A DNA stretch of 64,000 nucleotides, taken from positions 12,204,642 to 12,268,641 of the forward strand of contig OZ037770.1 in assembly GCA_964035545.1 (NCBI GenBank). Direction: 5' to 3'. Below, one piece after another: positions 49,916-64,000 of this stretch. The notes below the pieces were generated by a model. The model was not told the DNA's origin. It saw only the letters and a list, made by a program, of their open reading frames with translations, and did not search any database. Within the stretch, counting starts at the first letter, position 1, and each line of letters starts with the position of its first letter. This DNA is from Bugula neritina. Lineage: Eukaryota; Animalia; Bryozoa. A program made the position numbers and the translations under genes.

Positions 49916-51788
49916 AGATATGTTCATACTAGTCGGAGCACAGGCTAGGAGAGATGGTGCACATTCTAGATAAACTACTTAATTATTTTTTTATATCCTT
50001 ATTAATTTTTTCATCCAGTTTTAGACAGAGAAACTGCTCACTGGTTGTGATTTGAGTTAACAACCAAGTTTTTTTTCTCCAATATAGAAAGTTAAATAAC
50101 TTGCTATATTAAAGAAATACAAATCACTGCTAAAAATAATTGACTTTCACATACTGAAAGTGTAATTTCATTGTGTAAAAAGAAACTTTCATTCCTTCGT
50201 GTAAGTCGGCACTGATTAAAATTCTGTGAATTATTTTATTTATAAGCTGAAGTTGAAAACCAACCTGAAACGTGGAAAAATTAAAATATTTTGAGTAGGG
50301 GCATAACTCCAAACATTCAAGGAGTTTTTAGAATAATTTCAAATATTAGCTACTGAAAAATAAACCATTTAGAATACTGTGAGAAATTAAATCTTAGTTT
50401 TTGTTGAGAATGAGTTATTATTTAAGCTTGAAATCTACTTTAAATCTCTTTCCCTAAAATTCGCCCTTTAAACTTATTTGCCAAAGTCACTAGTAAGTTT
50501 TGAAACTGTGCTAAAGAGGTAACTGCAGGAAAAATGCTCATATAAATGTTAAAATAATGCATGAGTTGCAAAAGCCCAGTTTTGCTAAGTTGCTGTAAAT
50601 ATTAAAAAACAATATTCTTTAAAAGATCGACAATTTTTTTGATATGATTATCATATATACTCAACTCTTTTTTTAAAAGTCAATCGACTTTAGATATTAT
50701 TCAGCAATTGTAAGATTTTGGTTGCTGCTTACCTCTGAGTTTGCTTTGATTAAATTTGTCATTTAGATGTACAGCTCAGATCTTAGAAAGTTCAAACAAA
50801 AAATGTCAAACACAGAAACGATTTTTCTATTTTGAATTATTTTGTTGTGAGTATTTGATAACCGTCAGTTTGTAATGACAATCGTAGAATTTTGCAGAGC
50901 TGTGACAGAAAACATTGTTTAATCAATATGTCAAGACTAGGTTGTGAAGCAAGAATTTTAAGTAGTTGTGTTCTCTCTCTAGAACGACTGATGGAATGCT
51001 AACTCAATATGGCTACTTGAATTTAATTTGATCATCGTTGGCTGTTCAGAATTGGTGTTTTTTCATTTGGTGTTGACTCTAAAAATAGCATCACACTATT
51101 GAGTTAATCATCTTTTTAAATAGATATCACAGGTGTGTGAACTTTTACATACATGTTGAAACATCTGTGATTATTTGACAAACAGATATTCAGTTTCACA
51201 ACTTATAATATCAAAAAATCAGTTTATTTTATCCTTTTTTTCACTTTTCTTTCTGTAATTTTTATTTGTTTTGATTGATTTTCTATTTTTATACTGTTGA
51301 AATACATTTTTAAAGTGAACACAAAGCTTTAATTTTTTTTCTCTAAATACTAACTTTTCCAATTCAAAACTTTTAGACGAGTCTTTAAAATCATAATATA
51401 GAGATAGGAAGCTTCTCTGTCAATCACTTGCTATATTACTAACTCTAACTGAAGTTAGACTGGAAATGATGCTTACTCCTGTCCTGTAATTGATGGATCA
51501 CTTCCTTTTATATTAAAGTTTTGTGAACAAGTTTCCTAATCGCTGCAACTAGCCAGTTACAGTGAGTAGAATGCCATGTTCTCAAGACCTTTTAGTCGCG
51601 TTCTGTTTCTTCAATTCCTGTTTTAAACAAATTTATTTGCCAGTTTTATTTTTATCAACATTGTTATTTATATTATATGTTTGTTATTTATTCAGTGAAT
51701 ATCTATAAATAAATAATCAATAAATAATCTGTGACAAAGTGGCCTTTCAATCATAATATAAATATCAATGCTAAATTAGTAGTAGGGT

Positions 51789-52017
51789 TGCAGCCAGGGT
51801 CTATACTCTATAGTCTATACTCTATAGTCTATACTCTATTGGTTAGAGCACTGGCTTAGTAAACACAAGTCAGTGGTTTGAATCCCAGTAAATGTGATAT
51901 TAGGAAGGGCATTCAGTGATGATTGCTCCTTTGCCACAGAAGAAACAAGTCCTTACAGCCAGCTTGAAAAAACCTTTCAATCATGGGTTCTCACATGCAG
52001 GGGAGATGATTATAAAC
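51789..52017 (+). mobile_element. Near full-length SINE copy with an internal (TCTATACTCTATAG)x3 expansion
   Basis: GCAGCCAGGGTCTA...GGTTAGAGCACTGGC, B-box-like GGTTTGAATCCC, TAGGAAGGGCATTCAG core, GATTATAAAC end. Confidence 0.75.
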
Positions 52018-55000
52018 CAGTGTAAGTTTATTAGATTGGTAATTGCTGGCTTCTATATAATATAAACAAAATATACAGAAGTTATTTAAAAAACCCAGAA
52101 CCAGAATTATCTTCCCAAAATAGAAAATTTGTCGATATCAGTTTCTTTGGGGTGCCTTTGCTTTGGCTCTGATGTTCAAAGTTGCGATCAAGTTGATGGC
52201 ACTGATTCCTATACCCCCAACCCCTCACCCTTTCCCAGTAGTGAGGCACCTTAGTCTAGGAGTTACAACCTTGGAGATAACATTCCTAGCTATCTACCCT
52301 CACAATCTACCAATTTTAGCAATTTTGCAGTATAAATTGGATATCTGAAGAGTATAGAGGTATGATGGCTTCTTGTAGTTCACTTTACTTAAAAAGCTTT
52401 ATATAATTCAGTTTCCAAATTCAAACAACATTTCTAAATCAAAGCTTTATGGAATAGCTAGGAACATTACCAATATAATAATTTGCATATAACATGGTAA
52501 CTTATAACAGTCATACACTCTACTCTAGTAAAACCTGGTATAGGAGATAACAAGTGTTTTTTACCATATGTTTTCACAAATTATGAGCCTTGCCAAGGTT
52601 AGCTTAGTTAAAGTGTTGGCAACAATTCTTGTAATAGAGGAAGTGAAGGCTGCTATAAGTATGAATTAATGTGATAATAGAATACAATGTCTGCAGTGCA
52701 AACTACACAACACAAACTAGTCTGTTTGCATCTTTATTTAGTGTCAAAACATCAACTGTATAAAATGCACGATTGTCTAATGATAACATTGCTACATCCT
52801 GTTGCAATAGTCTGCTAACACATTGATCTCTTGTCTAAGATGGCTAGATGCAAGAAGCTGTAGTTTATAGCAAAGTATGTTCCTTTAGAGTTCATTGACA
52901 TTTCTACACACCAATGTAAGTGCATCTTATCTAAGCTAGCAATATGTGTAATATTCGTACAAATTATAAGCTGCCTTAGGTTAGCAGGTGATTCTTTCAT
53001 CGCAAGTCGGGGTCTTGTCAACTCTAGCAATGCCTCTCATATATGGGTGCTTGAAATGATTGATTAGAACTTAAGCTAAGTTAGCCAAAAAAAATGCTGA
53101 AACAAAAACAATGAGTTCTGCCGTGAAAGAAGTTAGTTGGAAGTCTAGTTTAATTCAATATTTAAATCTTATAGGGAATTATGTGCACCACCCTCTGCAC
53201 ACAACTCTGTTTTTACAGCTTCCAGTACACAATTTGGCCAATGATAATGGAAGAATTTTACCCTGGCCAATCTTTGAATTTATCCCATACAGGTAGAGAG
53301 GTAATTATTATTCACACAACCTACAGACAGGGATGTTACTGCGTTGCTATAGAAACCAGTACATAGCTGTGTAGCTGGTGACTCATATTCAGTGTTGGCG
53401 AGGCACTGTTAAAAAACTTAAGTTAACTTGAAGACACTGTCAAGTAGATAATTAGTAGTGATTCACTCTGCAAACATCCCATTCTTTTGCTGTTGCATAT
53501 CTGATTTGCTAGTGGCAAGTAAAATCTCCAGGACACCTGCTTAATCATGTCAGACAGACCGCATGGCATTCAGTGAAGACAACAGCTGCCAAAACAATAC
53601 AATAGTTTCTATTCAGGGGTATCTTTCTATTGTCATTGATGGATAAATTTAGTTACAGTGATGCTAAGGCTTTATTGTCAAACAAAGAACACTTTTTTGA
53701 TCCATGCATGAGAACTATAATTGCAGTTTTGCTAGGACTAATTTACTTGTTGGATTTGTGCTTAGCAGTTAACCAACCAGTCAGCTTCAAAAATTTTAAT
53801 AATTCTTGTTGATACTTTCTTGAACCTTTAAACTTGCACATATAACTTCAGAATGTTCTAATAAGTTATATATATATATGTTTTCTTTGCTGTACTTGCT
53901 GATCATAAGGCATAGTTTTACTACTAACTGATGATGACATTCAAAAGACTCAGAAATTGACTCTCAAATCAGAAAAACTGAATTTTAATTGAATAATGAT
54001 ATACTAGCTTAGAATTTACTGCAGGGTTTTTATTTTTAATCCAATATATTGCAACAAACATGGGAAAACTTTTTCCTTCAGTTTATGTCTTGGGTTTTCC
54101 CATTTACTCTATAGTCAGTGAACAAATATACGGTAGTATCCAAGTGATAACATTTAATAGGTTAGTGTCACATACTTCATTATATTATGTTACACAAATC
54201 ATATTTTAAATGAAGCAGAGATGACCTTTCAGAATGTGTGAAGAAAATAATTCTATGAGTTTTGAGTGACAATAAACATATATAGCGAACCCGATTTGAG
54301 AAGCTAACTAACAAGGTAGCAGTTGTACGTAATAATAAACAAAACTCAAAGTGACAATGGCCATGCAATACAAATTTCCCAGATATAAATAACCCATAAA
54401 TATGAAGCCTACAAAAGTTTTTTTTCCCCAAGGAGAACATGGAAATGTCCAACTTAGAATTTTGTTCCAAAAATTATTTCCTACTAGCTTTAATATTGTG
54501 TTCATAATGCATGATGCTTTGTTAGCATAATGTAGTTGGTATTTCCAGAAAAAAATTCAGTTTCCAGATCCATATATTATTATTTAACAATGACTCAGTT
54601 TCGTTTCATTGTTGTTTAGCTATTTCCCCTTATTAGAAACAGGAAAATAACTTTTTCCCTGCATGCGTCACAATAACATTCCTTTGACCAATCACGGTTT
54701 AGACTTGAGAGCTAATGATTGAGATGAAAGCCTCTGATTGGCTAATGTTTAACAGCTTTATCGAATGATTATAGAACTCAAGCTTGAGCTTCTTTACTCA
54801 ACATATCTGCGGGTTACTAAGTTACTCCCCCAGAATAGCAAACAATAGATGAATGTTTTGACTAAGAATTAAACTTGCCTAAGTTTCAAAGAACATCAGC
54901 TGTTTATGTGAATGCGCAATAGTGACTGAGTGCCGCATAAAAACTAACTGTAGCGCAAAGGCTTGCTCGCGTAAATCAGTTCCACATGGCTGTTAAGGTA

Positions 55001-56163
55001 CATTAACTCACTGATATTTTGACATTTTTTATCTAGTAAGAAGATAAAGGGGTTTATGGTACAAGGTGTATACAGTATTACAATTATAGGAGATATGATA
55101 AGGCATATCATTGATTGACGTGGAACTGATGAAATCATTCGAGGTAAACTATATTCACCTTGACATTGTGTCTCATACAACCACGCCGTAATCAGCTTAA
55201 TTTGCCTACATCATGCTAGAATATTAAATCTAATACGAATATCACATTCTTATTGTATTACAAGTTTTTGTGGTGTTAGGTTGATAAATCCACTTAGCAT
55301 TACTGTAACAATTATATGTAGTCTGCTTCTTAACTTGATTCTCAACACTTGTTCTTCCACAGTATCCAGGCAAGATGGCATTGTGTAAGTAAATTAGTAT
55401 AGTTTTATAAAATGAAATATTTCTCTCAGGTGAAAATTTTAAATGCTAGTAAGGTTTAAACTTTTAGAGGTTTTGTATAGTATTAGTGATATTTATACTT
55501 GATATTATAGTTTAATAAACTAACTCTACATCTTGACTATTTCTGTAGATGATTGTTTATTGATTATTTAATTATATTTTAGATTAAACTATGATTGCAG
55601 CTTCATTGTAGTAGCAATATATGGCCAATCTAATGCAATGTGTGTTTTACCAGGTCCATAAATCATATACCAATTTATCTTGTGGTTTGGGGTATCTTTA
55701 ATTAAAGACCTCAAATATGCTACAGCCAATTTACTACTACAGTAGCTTACAGTGCAATGGGTTTAGTTTTTACCTCTACTCTTAGTATAGACACTGTTCT
55801 AGTCAACATAGTCAATGATATACCTGCCTGTACCCTATTATTAGTAGCTTAACATTATATATATTCACCTTTTCGTCTATAATATGGTGGTAGAGCATAT
55901 AGGCTGTTATTACTCATAACATAGGCTGTTCAACTTAACCACGGCTATGTTTCTTTGTTAGCTTTATTAAGAAGATTTCATATACCCATGTATTGGTTAT
56001 GCAATGAATTTTGAATAAAATTATATTGCCAAACTATGTTAATTACAATAGTTAGCAGTTTGAATGCAACAATAGGTTTGTATCTTGAATCCAACAATCA
56101 GTTGACATCTTGAATCAATGCTTTGTTGTTTGTTGTTTACTGTTTGACTTGACGTAGCTCAAC

Positions 56164-59100
56164 ATGGACTCATTCCTTGCAGGCTCTCGTAATATTATGA
56201 TTAGTGGACTAACCTGCTGGCAGTCAATAACCATCATGGCCGTCATCATAGTGCTCGTGCTGGTGCCGGTCATATCTTGGATTATTCACAGACAACTAAA
56301 GAACAAGAAGTCAAGAAAACCTCCTACGCCTTTGATGTACATAACGACTGTAGTGCCAAGTCGAAGCTCTGATATAGACATACCTGTAAGTAGTTAATGA
56401 GTCAGAGATGAGTCACTGTGACTGATTCAACAATAAGGGGTGGCGGAATCTCTTTTAGAATGGGTGCCTAAGCTGTAAAAGTTGAACATGTTGATGTTTG
56501 TACATGGCAGGCTCTGTTTTCTAACTGAATTCGATTTGCTTTCAAAATCTAAATATTTCTTAATGGCGTCATCCATATTTGTATAGTCATCAGGCTTTAT
56601 GATGATTATAGAGATATAGACTGAAGAAAAGCTTGCTTGCTGGCATTTAACCCCACGTACCAAACTGAAATTGCTAACAAAAAATAAAGAACTCAGGTTA
56701 TTGAAATTTCTTAGCCACTGCGCTTGAAATGTTGCAAAATAGGATTATCTATCAATTGTTACATAATTTCTAATAGTCTGCTTGCTTGGTGTTTGTGGCA
56801 GGTAAATGTCTGTTATTGTCTGGTACAAATCAGGTTTAAACTACTTTTAATGGCATGTTGCTTATTTATTATTACTTTTCCTGTGTCCATCTCTGTTCAA
56901 TTAAATCTATTTGGTCACATGATTTTATGGTGTAACGCACGTACTAGGTCCAACATACAGTTGCTATCAGTTTTTATCTAATACTTTATCAGCACATTAT
57001 TTACCATCACATCTTTTTATCTCGCAAATATTCCGTTTATTGGATTTTGCCCTCTTACATATAATTTCTACTAAGATACATCTACACTGCTTTGGGCTCT
57101 GATAGCTTTAACTTGTTAAAGTTTACCCCTCCCTATACATGCTTGCTATGGGTCTACAGCAACACAGTAGCATTTTATCCCCCATTTATATTGTTCCCTA
57201 GCTTTTTAATCTAGTTGAACTGCGGTGTATTGTGCTATGCAAGTGATGAAAGGCAAGGCACAGATAGCTACACTTGAATATGATATTAAGGTTACACCCT
57301 GGTATTTGGGTTTTAATTTATTCAACACCCACTTGGGAAGGTGACGTCTTTTCAAGTAGGATATGCTGTGCTAGCTGTTATAATGCGAATAGACAGGCAT
57401 TAGCTGTTATGGAAACAGTGAGAATCTTATAAAATTTTCTGTCAACATATTGCATCATGTGTTGATGCAGATACTTTCTTGGACTTGTCTTGATTTATTC
57501 TTTTTAAAAAAAAAAAAAATTATTTTCTGTTGCTTTTTGTGATGGCAATTGTCTCAAGCTTAAAGTAGTTGCCATCTGTAGACGGCACTATTTGCAATCT
57601 GGATCAGAAATAGCGTTGAATGTTTTGAGGAAATGAATGAAATAGATGCCATTATATTCAGCAAAAGCTACTTTGATTTAGCAATCTATTAATATGATAC
57701 TTTGGCTCCTGTTGATAGGTTAAAAAAGTTTGCCTTGTGTTAGCCAATAGCCATAAAACAGTTATTAATAAAATAACCAGGATTTCCAAACAGCACAGAA
57801 TGTAATAGTTTGTAATCAGTATGCTTTAAATATCAAATACATTTCTATGGAATATGAGATGCTTTACGTAAAAATGATGCATGGATAGCATTTCATGTTT
57901 AAACTTATTAAAAAGAGGACGCAGAGTTGAGTTACTTCATTTGGATTTTAGTCTATATATAGGAGATGAAGCTATTTTAAGTTCTAATTAAGATTTTTAT
58001 CTTGATTGATGTAGGTGCCTGTTCCTTTTACCACGATGAGTTTCTATTTTTCACGTGGATAATGTCTTCAAACTGTGCCAAAATGTGGAAACGTTTTTAA
58101 TTACTGCAAAACATTTAAAGGAAGTCTCTAATATATTGCATAACTAACTCTATGCTAAAAGTGTGGAGAGTTTTGAGTTCAATTTCCATTTTTTTTTAAG
58201 TCTAAAGCCAAATGGAAGATGATTCATAAATTGGATTCAACACGCTGTATCAGCAAATTCATCGTGCCGATATCAGCTGTAGTTAATCATTATTTTAAAT
58301 TCGCATTATCTTGACATTTCTTCCAAGATTAATAGATCCGATATTAGTCTGTGTCATGGAGGAAGGCCACTGTGGTTGGCATAGCGCCAATACACGAACT
58401 CGTTGTTGCATAAATGTTAACTGAGGTCAACAAAACAAGAATATCTGTTTATGTGTTGATATCTTCTTAGTACTGAGCGTCTTTAGTAAATTTATCTGCA
58501 GTTAACCTGTTTTGAAAGTACCGAATTAAGTTAACTACCAAATTGTTGTTAACCTGGGGAACCACAGGTCCGGACAAAAGTTCATAAGTGCGTTAGAAAA
58601 TTGTATAGCTGTTGTGACTGGAAATAGTTGAAATGCAATGCTTCAAGTACTAGATATAGTGTTAATAAAACAAGTGCATAGTTATTCAATTTCTATAATT
58701 TATCCATCAGTTATTCCAAACCTTGTGTTAAGTCTGATGTTTAAAATAATATATCAAAACTGACTTGCCCTACTTGAGTTGTTTATTTGTACGATTACAT
58801 AACTTCACCTTTAGAAAACCTGTCTAGACTTTATAGTAGGAGATAGCATAGGTGCAGCTTGTGAATAACATATAATGTACACATGTTGTGATAAACTACT
58901 AAATTATATAAAGAGCCATTATTTCTCCCATCTTTCTCCCATTAAATGCTATTTCTGTTTGTGCTGTTTAATGCACATAAACTGTTTTCCTACACCTTGT
59001 TAGACAGCACTGTGTACAATTATTATCTTCTCTTTATTTACAGCATTTGCCAAGTCCAGGAAAGCCTAATTTCCTACCACCCTCTTACGAGGACATATGT

Positions 59101-59379
59101 AACGGCACAAACAACCACGCTTATCTCGCAACATCTACGCTAACTCTAGAAGCAGACGCCGACCTCCCTGCCTATGCAGAAGTATCCAATCACAGGAGCT
59201 CTATGGTCCTCTCAACCTTCTACAGCGAAGCTCAAAACACTCGTAGCTCAACGCTGTCCACAAGGAGCGAATCAGAAACTGGCAGTGAATCAGATGCTGG
59301 TGAACAAACAGATCGAACTGACGAACAGACAGACAGAATCGAGTATCCCAATGACGGGCACGGCATTTTCGTGGCGTAG
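56164..59379 (+). CDS. Small single-pass membrane protein with PY motifs (~185 aa); N-terminus uncertain
   Basis: join(56164..56385,59044..59379), phase-0 GT-AG intron; TM ITIMAVIIVLVLVPVISWII followed by basic HRQLKNKKSRK; PPSY and LPAY motifs; S/T/E-rich tail. Upstream exon candidates at 55363..55384 and 53219..53292. Confidence 0.7.
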
Positions 59380-61458
59380 AAATGATGCCTTTTTTGTTAT
59401 ATTATCAGATTCTGAACAATTATGCAAGGATGAGTCACCAAAATATCATGCTTAAGCTATACTAAGTTTCTTAACTCCCGTAGGGTTATTGCCACACTGA
59501 GATTTTAGGTATAGCCTCAGTTTCCTGAACACTTTGACTAAGCACAGTGTCCGGTTGTGACTTTGCAATTCATCAAACCAGTAAACTAGTGCAAGTTAAG
59601 GGCAATGCTAGAGTTTCCCATTAATCAGAATTTTAGTTTCAATATACTGATGCTTCCATACTTTTGACAGTCTATCAAATCTGCAGAGTATTTTAATTAC
59701 TGCTGCATAAAATTCGCATTCCATTTTCAGTTTTGGCCAAAGCTCTTATTTATCATATGTTAGAGCCTAGTGTGAGGTTATACTGTTGTTACTAAGTTGC
59801 TATGGTTACTGTACCAAATTTTAGCTTTATAGTCATCAAAAAGGCCAAACTGTATCACATGTACATAATGTAATATATTTATATAATTTATTATAAGCTC
59901 TGAGCAACTGAAAGCAATATTTCACAATTATTATTAAGTTACTGTATTTACAGTTTTATCAAGTCATGGACTGTCTGCCAAATGTCTTGTTGCTGTAATA
60001 TGACGAACAGTTTCTGGCCAAATTAGAATATAACCATGACTAATCATGTTTTCAATTTTTCTTTGAAAGTTCTAAAAAGTGTGACTGTGAAATGTTTCAT
60101 GTATATCTTCTACATGAAAGGAAAACTAGCCTAAAATATTAGATGATAGGTGAATAATTAGATTAAGTTTGCAATATACAGGTATTTTCAGATTACCTGT
60201 TAAATTTCTTATTACATAATGTATTCTCTTAATATTAAGATTATAATTATGGTACTTTTTGGTGCTTCAATTCGTCGTTGAATCTTGTTCAGAAACATTT
60301 ATATTTTAACTTTTTATATTTTTATATTCTTATAGTTATTCTATATATGTAATTATAGGATTTTGACAATATTTAATAAAGCAATAAAACCATAAAGCAT
60401 AGCTTGCAGTTTCTTCTCTTTTAAATAATAATGGCACATGATTTAATAATAATATTGAATTTGTTGTGTCAGCTTAAGTTGGTTACTAAACACTTGCTAT
60501 TTATCAACGATACAGAGAACCAGAATTTGGAATATCCCTTCAAAACTTGTCCCTTGATATCTAGCCGCAGTACTAAAAAAGCAACTTGATTAGGGGAGGG
60601 AACAGAAGACCTCCTTAAATTAAACATTATATAGTTTTGAGAGTCAGTTGGCTACTTTATCCTTCTCTAGCATATTATATGAGTTCAACTACAGTCTACA
60701 GCCTCTATATATTATATACAATATAGAGCAATATTTTGTGTTGAATTGACTATATATATATAGTCTGCGCTACATAAGTGTATTCAGGCAGCACTTGAAA
60801 GGTGATTACATATGACAATCTTCATTTATACAGTATTAAAATACTCATATATATCTGTGCCAGATATGAAGTACTTATTGAGTTGGATAGCAACAAGCAT
60901 GGAGTAACAATCCTAATCTTTGAGTTTATTGTTCACTCTTTGTCGTGTACTCTATCAAAATATCAACAATGGTTACATCCTGTACAAAAATACATACATA
61001 AGTAACCTTAAAATAATATCAATAAAACTTCAAAATTATAATGACATTTACAAACATCAGCTCCTTAAAACGTTTTCCTGGCAGGTGAACTACTAACACT
61101 TTTAATACAAACAAAAATAAAGCCCAAAAAATAACTGAATAAACTACAAAAAGCTAACATATACTTTCATTAAAATACTGGGCAAACAGCCAGGATTATC
61201 TCCCTTGCACAATATCTTAGCTATCATCTACATACTGTTTGAGATGTGTATGCTAAAGCAATTTTGTTCTATAAATACATTGTATCATAAAGCTAATACT
61301 AAATATTGCCGACTTTCATTGTATGTTATACTCTCAGCTGCTGCAACACACAGCTTATTCACTGAGCTGCCTTAAAGGTCTCTGATTCGGCCTTGGTTGC
61401 TTGTTCGCATATAGGCAGTGATACCATTAGCCTGTCATTAAACTCGGCCTGACATTTG

Positions 61459-61895
61459 CAGTGTGGTATATTAAGAGTGTTGCCATTAGCAAATCTTACG
61501 GAATCATATGGGCGCCATTATGCCGAGATTGGTACCGCGAGTTTATATAAGTTATAAAGGAAACATTTTGCCACTTTTGTTATTTTATTTTTTTTCTATT
61601 TTATGTGTACATTTTTTTAAATTTTGTTTATTGGTAAAGTTTTCAAACACATTTTTAATGCACATAAAATTAAAAGAAAAATTAAAACTCAATCATGCAC
61701 ATAAATACAAAGCTATAAAGTTAAAGCTTCGCTGTGATTACAATGTGAATATGAATTGAATAATGCTTGCAATAACCATTATACAGAAAATACGCTACAG
61801 TTGCTATAAATGTAAGACTAGTTAATTGGATGCAAATAGGCACGGTAATACTACTTAATTTATGCTATTTTTGAATTTTGTAGTAAATATTTGGC

Positions 61896-61967
<72 letters not shown>

Positions 61968-62817
61968 ATATATATTATTATATATATATATATATTATTA
62001 TATATATATATATATATATATGAATATATAATATTATTATATATATATAATATATAATATTATTATATGTATATATATATATATTATATATAATATCATT
62101 ATATATATATAATGTATATAATTTAATATATAATATAATAATATATTATATATGATATTGTTATATATATAATATATAATATAATAATATATTTTATATA
62201 TTATATATGATATTATTATATATATATAATATATATATAATATAATATATAATATAATATTATAATATAATAATATATTATATATGATATTATTATATAT
62301 ATAATATATAATATAATAATATATTTTATATATTATATATGATATTATTATATATATATAATATATATATAATATAATATATAATATAATATTATATTAT
62401 AATAATATATTATATATGATATTATATATATAATATAATATATAATATAATAATATATAATATATTATTATAATATATATATTATTATAATATATATATA
62501 TATATTATATATAATATTATTATACTTGTATAATATATTATATATATAATATAATATAATATATATTAATATATAATATATTATTATAATATATATATAT
62601 ATTATAAATAATATAATATAATAATATATATTATATGATATTATATATATATAATATATATATATAATATAATATATAATATAATAATATATTATATTAT
62701 TATATTATATAATATATTATTATAATATATATATTATATATAATATTAATATACTTATATAATATATATATATAATATAACAATATATAATATAAAAATA
62801 TATAATATATTATTATA

Positions 62818-62887
<70 letters not shown>

Positions 62888-63307
62888 CATGCCGAATATT
62901 TACTACAAATTTCAAAAATAGCATAAATTAAATAGTATTACCATTGCATCCAATTTACTAGTCTTACATTTATAGCAACTGTAACGTATTTTGTGTAAAA
63001 TGGTTATTGCAAGCATTATTCAATTCATATTCACATTGTAATCACAGCGAAGCTTAAACTTTATAGCTTTGTATTTACGTGCATGATTAAGTTTTAATTT
63101 TTTTTAAAATTTTATATGTATTGAAAATATGTTTAAAAACTTTACCAATAAACAAAACTAAAAAAAATGGACACATAATATAAAAAAAAAAATAAAATCA
63201 CAAAAGTGGCAAAATTTTTCCTTTATAACTTATATAAACTCGCGGTACCATTAGCGACATAATGATTTTTCATGGTTTAAAGTCAACACTCTTAATATAC
63301 CACACTG
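61459..63307. mobile_element. Non-autonomous hAT-type DNA transposon with long inverted arms (1849 bp)
   Basis: 8-bp TSD GACATTTG (61451-61458, 63308-63315); 24-bp terminal IR CAGTGTGGTATATTAAGAGTGTTG; imperfect IR continues ~430 bp inward; no transposase. Confidence 0.9.
61899..62885. repeat. (TA)n / TAA-type low-complexity tract
   Basis: About 1 kb of almost pure A/T with perfect (TA)n at both ends. Confidence 0.95.
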
Positions 63308-64000
63308 GACATTTGTAGCAGCTTAGGTCCGCGTGCCTGGGATCGCTGGTCTAGCATAGCTTGGTTAGTGAAGGCAAAGGAGTTGTCTTTTCCACGAAAA
63401 TTATTGCAAGAGAAAACAACTTTTAAATGTACTTCACGTTTTCTTGTGCACAGCTTTTTCACTTTGTGAATAGCCTATGTCATGTATAAGGTGGAACCAA
63501 CCTAGTAAAATTATATAGTTTTATATTATATTATATTATAATGTATGAATTTGCATTATATTAAACAAAACATGAATTTTCTGGTATCATGGAAGTAAAA
63601 TTTATACTATTAAACTGCATTCTTAAAACGTTGTATATGTCACTTTTGCAGGTAAATTATAGATTAAAACACTAACATATTATATGTCTGCATTATGTTT
63701 TTATTACAGCCATGTAGTATATAACACTATGCACTTATACTAATTTATATAGAAAAGTTACTGCACATAGTATAAAATGTAACAGTAGGCCTAATTCATT
63801 AAAGTTATAGCATTCATTAATAACTTAAAGAGTATAGCATTAATTAATTATTGGATGTTAATAACTGATTGATATATCAGATTTTTGACATTGTAAATTG
63901 AATGGAATAGTCATAAACTATATGACACTAAAACCATTTGTTAAATAGGGTAACTTTTATAGAAAGTGTGCTGCAGCATATAAAAACTAATTATATCTTG

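Noticed and set aside
55368-55377. AGGCAAGATG match to the miR-31 5' end
   Set aside because: Only 10 nt match, no precursor hairpin, and it sits in an exon-like segment with splice sites.
62700-62924. YI-repeat ORF and similar short Ile/Tyr-rich ORFs (18237, 31441, 43766-44512)
   Set aside because: Translations of microsatellite, minisatellite or hexamer-periodic DNA with no coding support.

Overview
AT-rich, intron-containing animal (invertebrate-type) genomic DNA, not prokaryotic. By hand-splicing on GT-AG sites with consistent reading phase I reconstruct, in order: the 3' end of a sulfotransferase-like gene (+); an ankyrin-repeat/SOCS-box gene (-) whose inferred first intron holds a complete, very young Mag-type Ty3/Gypsy LTR retrotransposon (identical 196-bp LTRs, GTGAC TSD); MICOS10 (+); LAGE3/Pcc1 (-); RPL13A (+); a 17-coding-exon, ~2031-aa UPF0606/KIAA1549-like type I membrane mucin (-) with a 3.87-kb tandem-repeat exon; a uridine-cytidine kinase (+); and a small single-pass PY-motif protein (+). 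Six of these genes form three head-to-head pairs. Also present: a tRNA-derived SINE family, a PIF/Harbinger-type MITE, a long-armed non-autonomous hAT element and several minisatellites. The most notable observations are (i) the retrotransposon's expression logic: gag and pol in one frame separated by a single TAA, plus an apparent leader intron from a U5 donor to an acceptor 2 nt before the gag ATG that would excise the PBS; and (ii) degenerate 6-bp-periodic DNA flanking all three bidirectional promoters. All gene models are manual and untested by transcript data.
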